A stretch of DNA of 64,000 nt from Bacillota bacterium (GTDB taxonomy: Bacteria; Bacillota; JAAYKD01). The notes under the pieces are model-generated. The model had not been told where the DNA came from, searched no databases, and worked only from the letters and a program-made list of their open reading frames with translations. The first letter of the stretch is position 1. Each line of letters opens with the position of its first letter. Position numbers and translations under genes: made by a program. The stretch is from NCBI GenBank assembly GCA_963666425.2, contig OY762825.2:2272001-2336000 (forward strand), given 5' to 3'. Below, piece after piece: positions 20,519 to 31,056 of the stretch.

Positions 20519-20696
20519 CGAGCTGCCCCGCCTCCTTTGGAATTTACTGACATAATCAGCCTGTTTTGCTTGCTTATTTCCGCAAAGCCCTTGAAATCTC
20601 CTTTTTTACAGCGAAATTAAACAAATTTTTGCGAAGAAAACAAAAGGGTTCTGCCTTACGGGCAGCGAAATAAATTTCTCAATAGGGGGTGAATCG

Positions 20697-22133
20697 ATGC
20701 AGGAACAACTGAAAAATCTGCTGGCCTTGGCAAAACGGCGGGGAGCAAGTTATGCCGATCTGCGCTTTACTCAGGCAATCAGCAAACCGCTGCAGATGAA
20801 AAATGGCGAAGTACAGAGCCTAACCTCCACACAGGAAGAGGGAATCGGCATCCGGGTCATCGTCGATGGCGGTTGGGGCTTTGCTTCCACGCCATCCAAG
20901 CAGACGGAGGATCTGGAAAGAACGGTAGAGCGCGCGATTGCCATTGCTCAAGCGAGTGCTCGCTGTCAATTGCAGCCGGTTGAGTTGACCTATGTGGAAC
21001 CGGTGCAAGCAAAGAAAGCGATACCGGTGCAGCGAGACGCCTTTCAAGTCAGCAGCGAGGAAGTCAGCCATCTACTGCGCGATTGTCATGAGGCAATGAC
21101 ACAGGTAACTGCTGTCAAAAGTACCTCCGGCAGCGTCTTTATGAGCCGGGAAAACAAAATTTTCGCCAGTTCTGAGGGTGCTTGGATTGAACAGGAAATC
21201 AGCATTACCGGTGCAGGTTTCGATGTGCTGGCCAGAGGCAACAATGATGTGCAGCGCAGATCATTCAATATGAACAAGACCGGTGGATTTGAAGCAGTGG
21301 AACGCATGCACTTAGTGGAACGGGCCACGCTGATGGCGAAAGAGGCGGCTGTTTTACTAACGGCGGCAGAGTGTCCGCATCGGGTGGATCATCTGATTCT
21401 GGATAGTTCCCTTGCCCGCCTGCAGGTGCACGAATCCTGCGGTCACCCTATGGAACTGGATCGCGTCCTGGGTTCGGAAGATACCTATGCCGGTAAGAGC
21501 TTTCTGACACCGGATCTCTACGGCAAGAACTATCGCTTCGGCTCGGAAGCCGTGAATTTAACCGCCGATGCCACGCTTGAGGGTGCTTTAGGCAGCTTTT
21601 ACTATGACGACGAAGGGGTTCCTGCCCAAAGGACGGATCTGGTGGAGCAGGGGATTTTCAAAAATTATCTGACCTCGCGCGAAACGGCTGCCGACTACGG
21701 CGGCACTTCCAACGGTTGCATGAAAGCCATGAATTGGGCGAATATTCCCTTGATTCGCATGACCAATATCAATTTGGAGCCGGGTGATTGGTCATTGGAA
21801 GAAATGATTAAAGACACCAAATCAGGGATTTTAGCCTGTACACCCAAGAGTTGGTCTTTGGACGATAAACGCATGAATTTTCATTTTGCACCCGAAATCG
21901 CCTATGAAATCAAAGACGGTGAAATTGTACGCCCTCTGAAAAATGCTGCCTATACCGGCTTAACACCGGAATTCTGGGGCTCCTGCGATGCGGTTGCCGG
22001 CAAGCAGAAGGGCGAGTGGGAAGTTTGGGGCAGCATCAGCTGTTCCAAAGGAGAACCGCATCAAAATATCGGTCCCGGCCACGGCGTTGCGCCGGTTCGC
22101 TTTGCTCAGGTGCAGCTCGGTGTTGGTGAATAA
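20697..22133 (+). CDS. tldD: TldD-family metalloprotease, copy 1
   Basis: GIGIRVIVDGGWGFAS, HESCGHPMELDR, YDDEG, RMTNINLEPG, C-terminal CSKGEP. Confidence 0.92.
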   Translation: MQEQLKNLLALAKRRGASYADLRFTQAISKPLQMKNGEVQSLTSTQEEGIGIRVIVDGGWGFASTPSKQTEDLERTVERAIAIAQASARCQLQPVELTYVEPVQAKKAIPVQRDAFQVSSEEVSHLLRDCHEAMTQVTAVKSTSGSVFMSRENKIFASSEGAWIEQEISITGAGFDVLARGNNDVQRRSFNMNKTGGFEAVERMHLVERATLMAKEAAVLLTAAECPHRVDHLILDSSLARLQVHESCGHPMELDRVLGSEDTYAGKSFLTPDLYGKNYRFGSEAVNLTADATLEGALGSFYYDDEGVPAQRTDLVEQGIFKNYLTSRETAADYGGTSNGCMKAMNWANIPLIRMTNINLEPGDWSLEEMIKDTKSGILACTPKSWSLDDKRMNFHFAPEIAYEIKDGEIVRPLKNAAYTGLTPEFWGSCDAVAGKQKGEWEVWGSISCSKGEPHQNIGPGHGVAPVRFAQVQLGVGE

Positions 22134-22238
22134 CCGAAAAAAGACAGGCTGCAAGATATGTTTTCAATCAAGCGTAGAGGTGAGAGCTGCTTGCCGGCAA
22201 GCTAGAAGTGGCCAATCGTAAAAAAAGGGGGAGTCAGT

Positions 22239-23675
22239 ATGGAGGATCAATTTCAGGAGCTCATCGCTCTGGCGCAAAGAAAAGGCGCGTCTTACGCCGA
22301 TGTCCGTTTTACCAAGCAAATCAGCCGCCCTTTGTTCATGCACAACGGTGAAGTCGACAGTTTGTCGGTCAGTGAAGATAAAGGGATTGGCATTCGTGTG
22401 ATCGTGGACGGCGGCTGGGGGTTTGCTTCCACGCCATCCAAAGTAAAAGCGGAGCAGGAAGCAGCGGTGGCGCGGGCAATTGCCATTGCCAAAGCCTCCG
22501 CCAGCTGCAAAATCCGTAATGTTGAATTGAGTCCGCTGGCTGCGGTGCAGGTGAAAAAAGCGGTCAAAGTGCAGAAGGATCCCTTCCAGGTTTCGGTGGA
22601 TGCCATGTCTGATTTATTGCGGCAATGCCATGAGGCGATGGTCAAAGTTCCGCAAGTGAAAACTACCGCCGGCACCATCAGCATGCAAAAATTGCAGAAA
22701 ATTTTCGTCAATAGCGAAGGTGCCTGGATCGAACAGGAACTGACCAGCAGCGGGGCCAATTTAGAGGCTTATGCCAGAGGCAACAACGATGTGCAGCGGC
22801 GTTCTTATCTCAACGGCAAAACTGCCGGGTTTGAGGCAATCGAAGCAATGCAATTGGTGCAGCGGGCAGAAAAACTGGCTCAGGAAGCAGCCGATCTGCT
22901 GCAGGCCGCTGAGTGTCCCCGCGGGCTGAACACCTTAATTCTAGGCGGAGAAATCGGTCAGCTGCAGGTGCATGAATCCTGCGGTCACCCCATCGAATTG
23001 GATCGGGTTTTGGGTTCGGAAGATACCTATGCCGGCCGGAGTTTCTTAACGACCGATAAATTCGGCAAAAATTACCGTTATGGTTCCGCAGCGGTGACCA
23101 TCATGGCAGATGCCACCATCGAAGGTGCTAACGGTTCCTTCTTCTACGATGACGACGGCGTACCTGCCCAGCGCACTACCATCATTGATCAAGGCATCTT
23201 TACCAATTATCTGACGTCGCGTGAAACGGCCATCGATTTTGGCGGGACTTCCAATGGCTCAAATCTGGCCATGAACTGGGCGAATCTGCCTTTGATTCGC
23301 ATGACCAATATTAATTTGGAACCGGGCGACTGGACCCTGGATGAGATGATCAAAGATACGAAACAGGGCATTTTTGTGGATACACCGAAGAGCTGGTCCT
23401 TAGATGACAAACGGGTCAATTTTCATTTCGGCGGTGAAATTGCTTATGAGATCAAAGACGGTGAAATTGTGCGCTTATTAAAAAATCCGGCCTATACGGC
23501 CATCACACCGGAGTTTTGGGGTTCCTGTGATGCGGTCGCCGGCAAAGGTAAAGGAGAATGGGAAGTTTGGGGCAGTACGACTTGTGCCAAAGGGGAACCG
23601 GTGCAGCTCGTGCATCCGGGCCATGGAGCAGCTCCCTTCCGTCTGCGTAATGTAAAGGTAGGTGTAGGAGAATGA
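22239..23675 (+). CDS. tldD: TldD-family metalloprotease, copy 2
   Basis: HESCGHPIELDR, RMTNINLEPG, CAKGEP; same length as copy 1 (478 aa). Confidence 0.92.
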   Translation: MEDQFQELIALAQRKGASYADVRFTKQISRPLFMHNGEVDSLSVSEDKGIGIRVIVDGGWGFASTPSKVKAEQEAAVARAIAIAKASASCKIRNVELSPLAAVQVKKAVKVQKDPFQVSVDAMSDLLRQCHEAMVKVPQVKTTAGTISMQKLQKIFVNSEGAWIEQELTSSGANLEAYARGNNDVQRRSYLNGKTAGFEAIEAMQLVQRAEKLAQEAADLLQAAECPRGLNTLILGGEIGQLQVHESCGHPIELDRVLGSEDTYAGRSFLTTDKFGKNYRYGSAAVTIMADATIEGANGSFFYDDDGVPAQRTTIIDQGIFTNYLTSRETAIDFGGTSNGSNLAMNWANLPLIRMTNINLEPGDWTLDEMIKDTKQGIFVDTPKSWSLDDKRVNFHFGGEIAYEIKDGEIVRLLKNPAYTAITPEFWGSCDAVAGKGKGEWEVWGSTTCAKGEPVQLVHPGHGAAPFRLRNVKVGVGE

Positions 23676-25015
23676 TTGAACGTGAACAGGCTGAGAAAAT
23701 TCTCAAAACCGTCTTGGCTGCTTCAACGGCGGACGAAACCCAAGTCGTACTGAACAGTGAAGACTTAGCGCTGACCCGGTTCAATAATAATTGGATCCAT
23801 CAGCATCTTTTCCGCGAAACCTATACGGTGGAAATCAAGGTAATCAACCAAAAAAGAGTCGGCATCGCTACCGTCAACGCCTTGGATGAGGCTTCTTTAA
23901 GAAAAGGTGTCGCGGATGCCATGCATAACGCCAGTTTCGTCAAACCCAATGCCAATCTCGTGTCTCTGCCGGAGCCGCAGCCGATACGGGAGATCGACGG
24001 CATCAATCAGAATAGCCTGCATTTAACCGACATGGATCGCGCGGATTTGGTCGCTTCGATGATTGCGGTCGCCAAGGAAAACCATGTGGATGCTTCCGGT
24101 TCTTTCAGCAATGAGTTGGCCAGTGTGGCAGTTGCGAATTCTAAAGGTGTGATGTGCTATCATGCCGGCAATGTTCTGCGGCTGCGCAATATTATGGCCA
24201 ATGGTCTGCAAACCGGTTATGCCGAAGCGATGGCGGTCGATGTCAAGGATCTTGATTTTGTCGCGGTTGCCAAGGATGCATTATGGAAGGCTAAATTGAA
24301 GGCGGAACAAAGTTTAACCCTCGATCTGGGTTCCTATGATACAATTTTTGAAGCGCCTGCCGTTGCGGATTTACTGCGTTTTCCCGCATATATTGCTTTC
24401 CAGGGACAGTCTTTTCTGGATGGACGTTCCTTTATGAAAGAGGCGATCGGAAAACAGGTATTCAATCAGCAGGTCAGCATTTATGATGATGCTTACGAAC
24501 CGCGCCATATCGTGATGCCCTTTGATATTGAGGGGGTTCCGAAAAAGAAAGTCGCGATTTTTGAAAATGGCGTTGCTAAGGGTGTTGTTTATGACCATGC
24601 TACTGCGGTGAAACAAGGGGTGGAAAGTACTGGCCATGCCGGCGGCGGTCATCGACCCGGCCCGAATCCCAGTCATTTGCTGATGCTGCCCGGCCAATCC
24701 AGTCTGCCGGAGATGATTCGCAATACAAAGAACGGTGTCTATGTCACCCGCTTCCACTATACCCATTGTCCGGAACCCATGCGCTGTGTGGCTACCGGCA
24801 CCACGCGTGACGGCACTTTCCTGATTCGCGATGGGGAAATTGTCGCGCGCTTAAAGAATCTGCGCTTTACCGAAAGTATGATCGATGCTTTTGCTCATGT
24901 GGATGCTTTGAGCAGCCAGCAATATCTGGTGAAAGACTGGTGGTTCAGCTTCAATATGCTGTTGCCGGCAGTGAAAATCAACCAATTTACCTTCACCGGT
25001 AATACCACTTTCTAA
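23672..25015 (+). CDS. pmbA: TldE/PmbA-family non-catalytic partner
   Basis: LTRFNNN, PFDIEG, STGHA, TGTTRDG; no HExxxH; ATGA overlap with tldD. Confidence 0.88.
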   Translation: MIEREQAEKILKTVLAASTADETQVVLNSEDLALTRFNNNWIHQHLFRETYTVEIKVINQKRVGIATVNALDEASLRKGVADAMHNASFVKPNANLVSLPEPQPIREIDGINQNSLHLTDMDRADLVASMIAVAKENHVDASGSFSNELASVAVANSKGVMCYHAGNVLRLRNIMANGLQTGYAEAMAVDVKDLDFVAVAKDALWKAKLKAEQSLTLDLGSYDTIFEAPAVADLLRFPAYIAFQGQSFLDGRSFMKEAIGKQVFNQQVSIYDDAYEPRHIVMPFDIEGVPKKKVAIFENGVAKGVVYDHATAVKQGVESTGHAGGGHRPGPNPSHLLMLPGQSSLPEMIRNTKNGVYVTRFHYTHCPEPMRCVATGTTRDGTFLIRDGEIVARLKNLRFTESMIDAFAHVDALSSQQYLVKDWWFSFNMLLPAVKINQFTFTGNTTF

Positions 25016-25028
25016 ACAGGTTTTACTT

Positions 25029-25065
25029 GCGCCCATATCGCAAATTCTTCTATGGGCGCATTTTT
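25029..25065 (+). terminator. Intrinsic terminator of tldD-tldD-tldE
   Basis: GCGCCCATA..TATGGGCGC-A-TTTTT. Confidence 0.75.
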
Positions 25066-25100
25066 CGTGCTCACGGCTGCAGACAAATATCCGGTCCGGA

Positions 25101-25186
25101 AAAATCCGAACTAATTTTGTATAATTTAAAAAATCATTCGTATTTTTCGATTCGGGGCTTGAACTTTTTAACTTCTCTGTTACAAT
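25101..25186 (+). promoter_or_regulatory. Paired PurBoxes and promoter of the xpt operon
   Basis: AAATCCGAAC-N24-ATTCGTATTT (Bacillota PurR GAAC-N24/25-GTTC pattern); TTGAAC-16-TACAAT with extended TG. Confidence 0.7.
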
Positions 25187-25304
25187 GGAGACATGGAAAA
25201 GTCAAAGATAGCACAAAATTAACAGCACCTTGCCTGCGCGGCTGGTCTTCGGTTCTTTTGCGCAGCTGGGGATGATCTAAAAAACAGAGAGGCTGACTTT
25301 TTTT

Positions 25305-25880
25305 ATGAAATTACTACAGGAACGGATTCAGACCAGTGCGCAGATTGTCGATCATAATATTGTTCGGGTCGATATGTTCCTCAATCATCAGATTGATGTC
25401 GAATTGCTGGACCAAATGGGTGAGGAATTTTATCGTTTATTTGGCTCGCTGGGGGTAACGAAAATACTGACGGCAGAAGCATCCGGCATCGCCATCGCCT
25501 GCCTGGCCGCCTTGCATTTTAAAGTGCCGGTGGTTTATGCCAAAAAAGGCTTTGTCCGCACCCAGGGCAGCAATGTTTACAGCACGGAGATCTTTTCTTA
25601 TACCAGAAACAAGACAACCCAGATTTCTGTGGCGCAGGCCTATTTAAAACCGGAGGATCGTGTCTTGATTATCGACGATTTTCTGGCCTCCGGCAGTGCT
25701 GTGCTTGGCTTAAAAGAGATTGTCGATGCAGCCGGGGCAACCCTGGTAGGCGTTGGAATTGCGATTGAAAAAGGCTTCCAGGACGGTGGGCAAAAGCTGC
25801 GGCAGATGCAGATCAACCTTCGTTCACTGGCGATTATTGCTTCGATTGAAAATGGTAAAGTTATTTTCATGGAAGAATAG
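25305..25880 (+). CDS. xpt: Xanthine phosphoribosyltransferase
   Basis: VDMFLNHQID, ILTAEASGI, VLIIDDFLASG, IEKGFQDG. Confidence 0.95.
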   Translation: MKLLQERIQTSAQIVDHNIVRVDMFLNHQIDVELLDQMGEEFYRLFGSLGVTKILTAEASGIAIACLAALHFKVPVVYAKKGFVRTQGSNVYSTEIFSYTRNKTTQISVAQAYLKPEDRVLIIDDFLASGSAVLGLKEIVDAAGATLVGVGIAIEKGFQDGGQKLRQMQINLRSLAIIASIENGKVIFMEE

Positions 25881-25930
25881 TCGTTGTGAAATAGAACTAA
25901 TTCTTTAATATTTTAAGGAGGAAATCAAGA

Positions 25931-27061
25931 ATGAAGAAACTTTCCAAAGTACTGATCCTGATGCTGGTGTTGGTCACCTTGATTAGCATGACAGCCTGTA
26001 ACAAAACTCCAGAACCGGTCAAAGACCCTGAAGTAAAGTCTGCGTTTGCGGCGGTTGCCAAAAAAGACATTAAAGTTGGCATGATCTATATCGGTTCCGC
26101 AACGGATAAGGGTTGGACTTATTCTCATGAACAAGGTGTTCTTGCCATGCAGAAAACCTTAGAATTGAAAGATGAGCAGATCATCAGAAAAGAATTTGTC
26201 ACCGAAGACAGTGCCTGTGAAACTGCCATGCGCGAACTGATCGAAGCGGGCTGCCAAGTCATTTTCGGCAACAGCTGGGGCTACATGGATTATATGGCGG
26301 AATTAGCCACAGAATATCCCAAAGTGATTTTCTCCCACTGTTCCGGTTATAAGAACAACGGTGTCAATTTCAACAATTATTTTGGCGCGATCAACGATGC
26401 GCGTTACCTTTCCGGTATCGCTGCCGGTTTGAAGACCCAAACCAATAAAATTGGTTATGTCGGCGCTTTCAAAAATCCCGAAGTCATGTCCGGTGCGGAT
26501 GCATTTGCGCTGGGCGTAATGTCTGTTAATACGCAGGCAAAGATTTATTTTGTGGAAACACAAACCTGGTATAATCCGGATTTGGAAAAGTCTGCCGCTA
26601 TTTCTCTCCTGGATAAAGGCTGCGACGTGATCGCACAGCATCAGGATACCACCATGGCTCAAATCGCCGCCGAGGAGAGAGGCGTTTGGGGAATCGGATA
26701 CCATGTAGATATGACAGCCGAAGCGCCCAAAGCGGAATTGACCGCACCTGTTTGGGATTGGAGCGGTTATTACACCGATACCGTCTCTAAAATCATCGCA
26801 GGAAAATGGATTTGTGAAAATTATTATGGCACTCTGAAAGATGGTCTGGTCAATCTGGCTCCTTTAACCAAAAATGTGGCTGCCGGGACAGAAGAGAAAA
26901 TTGCTAAAGCCAAAGCCGCCATTCTCGACGGTTCTCTGGTTGTCTTCCGTGGTCCGGTGACCGATAATACCGGCAAAGAAGTGATTGCCAAAGGCCAAAC
27001 CTATCTGCGGGCTGATGTGGATGCGATCAACTGGTTTGCTTCCAACATTGTCGTAGAATAG
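25931..27061 (+). CDS. BMP-family nucleoside/purine ABC substrate-binding lipoprotein
   Basis: Lipobox SMTAC; DKGWTYSH, YLSGIAAG, DVIAQHQD. Confidence 0.9.
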   Translation: MKKLSKVLILMLVLVTLISMTACNKTPEPVKDPEVKSAFAAVAKKDIKVGMIYIGSATDKGWTYSHEQGVLAMQKTLELKDEQIIRKEFVTEDSACETAMRELIEAGCQVIFGNSWGYMDYMAELATEYPKVIFSHCSGYKNNGVNFNNYFGAINDARYLSGIAAGLKTQTNKIGYVGAFKNPEVMSGADAFALGVMSVNTQAKIYFVETQTWYNPDLEKSAAISLLDKGCDVIAQHQDTTMAQIAAEERGVWGIGYHVDMTAEAPKAELTAPVWDWSGYYTDTVSKIIAGKWICENYYGTLKDGLVNLAPLTKNVAAGTEEKIAKAKAAILDGSLVVFRGPVTDNTGKEVIAKGQTYLRADVDAINWFASNIVVE

Positions 27062-27087
27062 AGTAAATTTTAAAGTAAGGATGTTGC

Positions 27088-28650
27088 GTGATGGAGAAAG
27101 AGCAAGCCAATTACAGCAATGCCATCGAATTACGGGGTATCTGTAAAGCATTTGGCACCGTCGTCGCAAACAAAAATATTGACCTAACCGTTCGGAAGGG
27201 CGAGATTCTTGCTCTTCTGGGTGAAAACGGCTCGGGGAAAACCACGCTGATGAACATGCTGTCGGGGATTTATCACCCCGACAGCGGTTCTATTTTTGTT
27301 TATGGCCACGAAGTGCATATCCGATCTCCGCAAGATGCAATGGCACTCGGAATCGGTATGATCCACCAGCATTATAAGCTGGTGGATAACCTGACAGCGA
27401 CCGAGAACATCATTCTCGGTACCGATACCAAACGTCAAGCTGCGCGGACTTTAAGCGAAAAAGTGCGTCAGATCAGCAATCGTTTCGGATTGGAAATCCA
27501 GCCGGATAAGAAGATTTACGATATGTCGGTCAGTGAAAAACAAACGGTCGAAATCGTCAAAGTCTTGTATCGCGGCGCCAATATTCTGGTCCTGGATGAA
27601 CCCACTGCCGTTTTGACTCCGCAGGAAACAGAAAAACTCTTCGCAATTCTCCGGCGTATGAAACAGGATGACTGTGCCGTGATTATCATTACCCATAAGC
27701 TCAATGAAGTGCTGGAAATCAGTGATCGGGTGGCGGTATTGCGCAAAGGCGAAAGCGTCGCCACGGTGGCAACGGCCGGTTGTGATATCAATCAATTGAC
27801 GGAACTGATGGTGGGTCGTGCTGTGAATTTATCCATTGACCGGCCAAAAACCGCTCAGAAAACACCGATTTTAGAAATCGTGCACCTGGGTGTGAAAAAC
27901 ACAGATGGGATCGCCGCCTTAAAAGATGTGAATTTTGATTTGCGCAAAGGGGAGATCTTGGGTGTGGCTGGCATTGCCGGCAGCGGCCAAAAAGAATTGT
28001 GTGAAGCGGTAGCGGGGCTGCATCCGGTCGAAGAGGGCGCCATTCTCTTTCGAAAACAGAATTTGGTCGGTAGAACGCCCGAAGAAATCATCAAGTTGGG
28101 CATCAGCATGAGCTTTGTGCCGGAAGATCGTCTTGGCATGGGACTGGTGGCTGCGATGGGTATGACCGACAACATGATTTTAAAAAGCTATCGGGCAGGC
28201 AAAGGCTTTTTGGTTGACCGCAAACCGGGCCGGGCACTCGCTGCCCGCCTGATTCAACGTTTGGGGATTATCACACCGGATACCGAAACGCCGGTCAGCC
28301 GCTTATCCGGCGGCAATGTGCAGAAAGTACTGCTGGGCCGCGAGATCGAGTCGCAGCCCAATGTGCTGATCACGGCTTACCCGGTGCGGGGCTTGGATAT
28401 CAATTCCTCTTATCTGATTTACAGTCTGCTCAACGAACAAAAGGCCGCCGGTGTGGCGATCCTTTATATCGGTGAGGATTTAGACGTGCTTCTGGAATTG
28501 TGTGACCGTATTTTGGTCCTTTATGACGGCAGAGTACAGGCGATTCTGAAAGCAGAAGAGGCGACGAAGGAGATGCTGGGTTTGTTGATGACCGGCAGCC
28601 CATTAACGGCAGAGGGAGGCGAAAAGCATGCCACCGAAAGAAATTCTTGA
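27088..28650 (+). CDS. CUT2-type ABC ATP-binding protein (two NBDs)
   Basis: GENGSGKT, LDEPTAVL, LSGGNVQK. Confidence 0.93.
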   Translation: MMEKEQANYSNAIELRGICKAFGTVVANKNIDLTVRKGEILALLGENGSGKTTLMNMLSGIYHPDSGSIFVYGHEVHIRSPQDAMALGIGMIHQHYKLVDNLTATENIILGTDTKRQAARTLSEKVRQISNRFGLEIQPDKKIYDMSVSEKQTVEIVKVLYRGANILVLDEPTAVLTPQETEKLFAILRRMKQDDCAVIIITHKLNEVLEISDRVAVLRKGESVATVATAGCDINQLTELMVGRAVNLSIDRPKTAQKTPILEIVHLGVKNTDGIAALKDVNFDLRKGEILGVAGIAGSGQKELCEAVAGLHPVEEGAILFRKQNLVGRTPEEIIKLGISMSFVPEDRLGMGLVAAMGMTDNMILKSYRAGKGFLVDRKPGRALAARLIQRLGIITPDTETPVSRLSGGNVQKVLLGREIESQPNVLITAYPVRGLDINSSYLIYSLLNEQKAAGVAILYIGEDLDVLLELCDRILVLYDGRVQAILKAEEATKEMLGLLMTGSPLTAEGGEKHATERNS

Positions 28651-29725
28651 GGCGAACACCCGCGAGCCCTTGCTGCGGATTGTCAGTATCCCGGAAAGCT
28701 CCGAGCGAAGAGGGATCGTCCTGCGTATTTTGGCAGTCGTGGCAGCGCTGATTGCCGGCAGTTTTTTCATCGCTCTGCTCGGGCATAATCCGCTCACCGT
28801 CTATTTCGCCATGCTGAAGGGCAGTTTCGGCACGCCAATGAGCTTTCAGGGCACCGCTAAGATTGCCATTCCCCTGGTGATTTGTGCGCTTGGTGTCACA
28901 CCTGCTTTTCGGATGCGGTTTTGGAATATCGGCGGGGAAGGGCAGATGATAGTCGGCGCCATTGCCGCTTCTTATTTTGCCTTATTTCATGCCGATTGGC
29001 CGCATGTGCTCTTGCTTTTGGTGATGGCTGCGGCCGCTATTGTGGCAGGTGGTCTGTATGGTTTAATTCCGGCTTTTTTCAAAGCGCGCTTTAACACCAA
29101 TGAAACTTTACTGACCTTAATGGCCAATTATATCGCCCTTTATGTGGTGCAGTATTTGCGGGAAGGTCCCTGGAAAGATCCCGGTGCCAAAGGCTTCCCA
29201 CAGATTGCACGTTTTGCCGCAAGCGCCCGCCTTGGCATGCTGGGCGGAATCCATGTTGGTTGGGTGGTTGCTGTCTTACTCGTCCCGGTGATTTTTGTTT
29301 ATCTGAAATACAGCAAGAATGGCTACGAAATTGCCGTGGTGGGTGAAAGTGAAAAAACCGCCGCCTACGCCGGTATCAATGTGCGCAAAGTAATTATGCG
29401 CACCATGTTTCTCAGCGGCGCGATCTGCGGCTTGGCCGGGATGCTGCAGGCATCCGGAGCCGATCGCACACTGACCGATTCTGTGGCCGGTGGCATCGGT
29501 TTTACCGCCATCATCATCGCCTGGCTGGCCAATCTCAATGCGCCGGTCATTCTGCTGGTCTCTTTATTGTTTGCCGTTTTGGAAAAAGGCGGCGGTTATA
29601 TTCAGTCGATGTTCATGATCTCCTCTTCCGCTGCCGGTGTTCTGGAGGGAATCATTCTCTTCTTTGTCTTGGGATTTGAATTCTTTATCCGCTACAAAGT
29701 AGTGGTGCGCAGGAAAGGGGTGTAG
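28628..29725 (+). CDS. Nucleoside-type ABC permease 1
   Basis: WNIGGEGQ, GESEKTAAYAGI, multiple TM helices. Confidence 0.9.
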   Translation: MPPKEILEANTREPLLRIVSIPESSERRGIVLRILAVVAALIAGSFFIALLGHNPLTVYFAMLKGSFGTPMSFQGTAKIAIPLVICALGVTPAFRMRFWNIGGEGQMIVGAIAASYFALFHADWPHVLLLLVMAAAAIVAGGLYGLIPAFFKARFNTNETLLTLMANYIALYVVQYLREGPWKDPGAKGFPQIARFAASARLGMLGGIHVGWVVAVLLVPVIFVYLKYSKNGYEIAVVGESEKTAAYAGINVRKVIMRTMFLSGAICGLAGMLQASGADRTLTDSVAGGIGFTAIIIAWLANLNAPVILLVSLLFAVLEKGGGYIQSMFMISSSAAGVLEGIILFFVLGFEFFIRYKVVVRRKGV

Positions 29726-29727
29726 CC

Positions 29728-30690
29728 ATGCAAACAAATTATCTGGTGAGTTTTGTTTTCGCTGTGATTGTGGCCGGCACACCCTTGCTCTTCGCTACCC
29801 TGGGTGAGATCATTACGGAAAAAGTCGGCAACATGAACCTTGGCGTGGAGGGTATGATGTATATCGGCGCCGCGGCCAGCTTTGCTGCGGCCTATTATAC
29901 CGGCAGTGCCATTCTGTTTTTAGTGGCTGCGGTGGTGGCCGGCATCCTGGCCTCTTTGATTTATGCTTTGCTGACTGTCACCCTGAAGGCAAATCAATCG
30001 GTGACCGGTTTGGCTTTGACGATCTTCGGCACCGGCCTGGCGAACTTCGTGGGGGAGACCATCACTACCCGTTCCCCGACTCATACGGCAGTGTTGAATT
30101 CAGCGCTGGTCGATCGCTTTGATTCCATCTCAATTCCGGGTTTGAGCAACCTGCCGGTGATCGGCAAATTGCTTTTTTCGTATAACCCCTTTGTCTACTT
30201 TGCTATTCTTTGTGCTGTGATCGCAGGGCTTTTTCTTTATCGCAGCATTCGAGGCTTGAACCTCAGAGCGGTTGGGGAAAATACAGCCGCTGCCGACGCT
30301 TCCGGCATTAACGTCACGCTCTATAAATATCTCGGCATTGCTGCCGGCGGGGCTTTGAGCGGCATGGGCGGCGCTTACATTATTATGATTACCTGCGGTG
30401 GTACCTGGACGGCCAACTGTGTCAGTGGTTTGGGTTGGATTGCCGTAGCGCTGGTCATTTTTGCTGGTTGGAATCCTTATAAAGCCATTTTTGGCTCGGC
30501 GATTTTTGGCGCTTTACGCGTGCTGCGCTTCTATGTGCCGAAGAGCGTGATCAATATCCCCAATTCTTTTTATGCCATGCTGCCTTTTGTCGTCACGGCT
30601 TTGGTGATTATTTTTACCTCGATTCGCAACTCGCGCGAGATTCAGCAGCCTGCCGGCTGCGGAGTCAGCTATTACCGCGAGGAACGTTAG
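29728..30690 (+). CDS. Nucleoside-type ABC permease 2
   Basis: NLGVEGMM, RAVGENTAAADASGI, GWIAVALV. Confidence 0.9.
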   Translation: MQTNYLVSFVFAVIVAGTPLLFATLGEIITEKVGNMNLGVEGMMYIGAAASFAAAYYTGSAILFLVAAVVAGILASLIYALLTVTLKANQSVTGLALTIFGTGLANFVGETITTRSPTHTAVLNSALVDRFDSISIPGLSNLPVIGKLLFSYNPFVYFAILCAVIAGLFLYRSIRGLNLRAVGENTAAADASGINVTLYKYLGIAAGGALSGMGGAYIIMITCGGTWTANCVSGLGWIAVALVIFAGWNPYKAIFGSAIFGALRVLRFYVPKSVINIPNSFYAMLPFVVTALVIIFTSIRNSREIQQPAGCGVSYYREER

Positions 30691-30721
30691 CGCTGCTATG
30701 CTTTTTTATAGATTGAAAACC

Positions 30722-30758
30722 AAAAACAAGCTTCCGCTGATCTGGAAGCTTGTTTTTT
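30722..30758 (+). terminator. Intrinsic terminator
   Basis: AAAAACAAGCTTCC..GGAAGCTTGTTTTTT. Confidence 0.9.
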
Positions 30759-31056
30759 GAAACTCAAACTGCAAAGAGTAGCGCTATTTACTGAAAAAAT
30801 TAAATAATGACAGAAAATCTAGTTTATAAAAGGGTTGGCAAGATTTCAAATTCGCAGATTCCGGGTTATAATAGGAAAGGAATCTTCGTATCATAACAAG
30901 GTGTGGAAACGCTGAACGGCGAAAACAAGTTTCGCTGAACTGCAGCAAAGGCAATCATAAAAAGAAAACCCGCTGCATCGTTTGATTCACGGTTTTACTC
31001 CGTATTTACGGTAAAAATCGTAAAAAAGGACATGATCAAGAGAAAGAGGGCTAAAT

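Noticed and set aside
25190-25304. Purine riboswitch upstream of xpt
   Set aside because: No recognisable aptamer core; only a CTGCGC/GCGCAG stem
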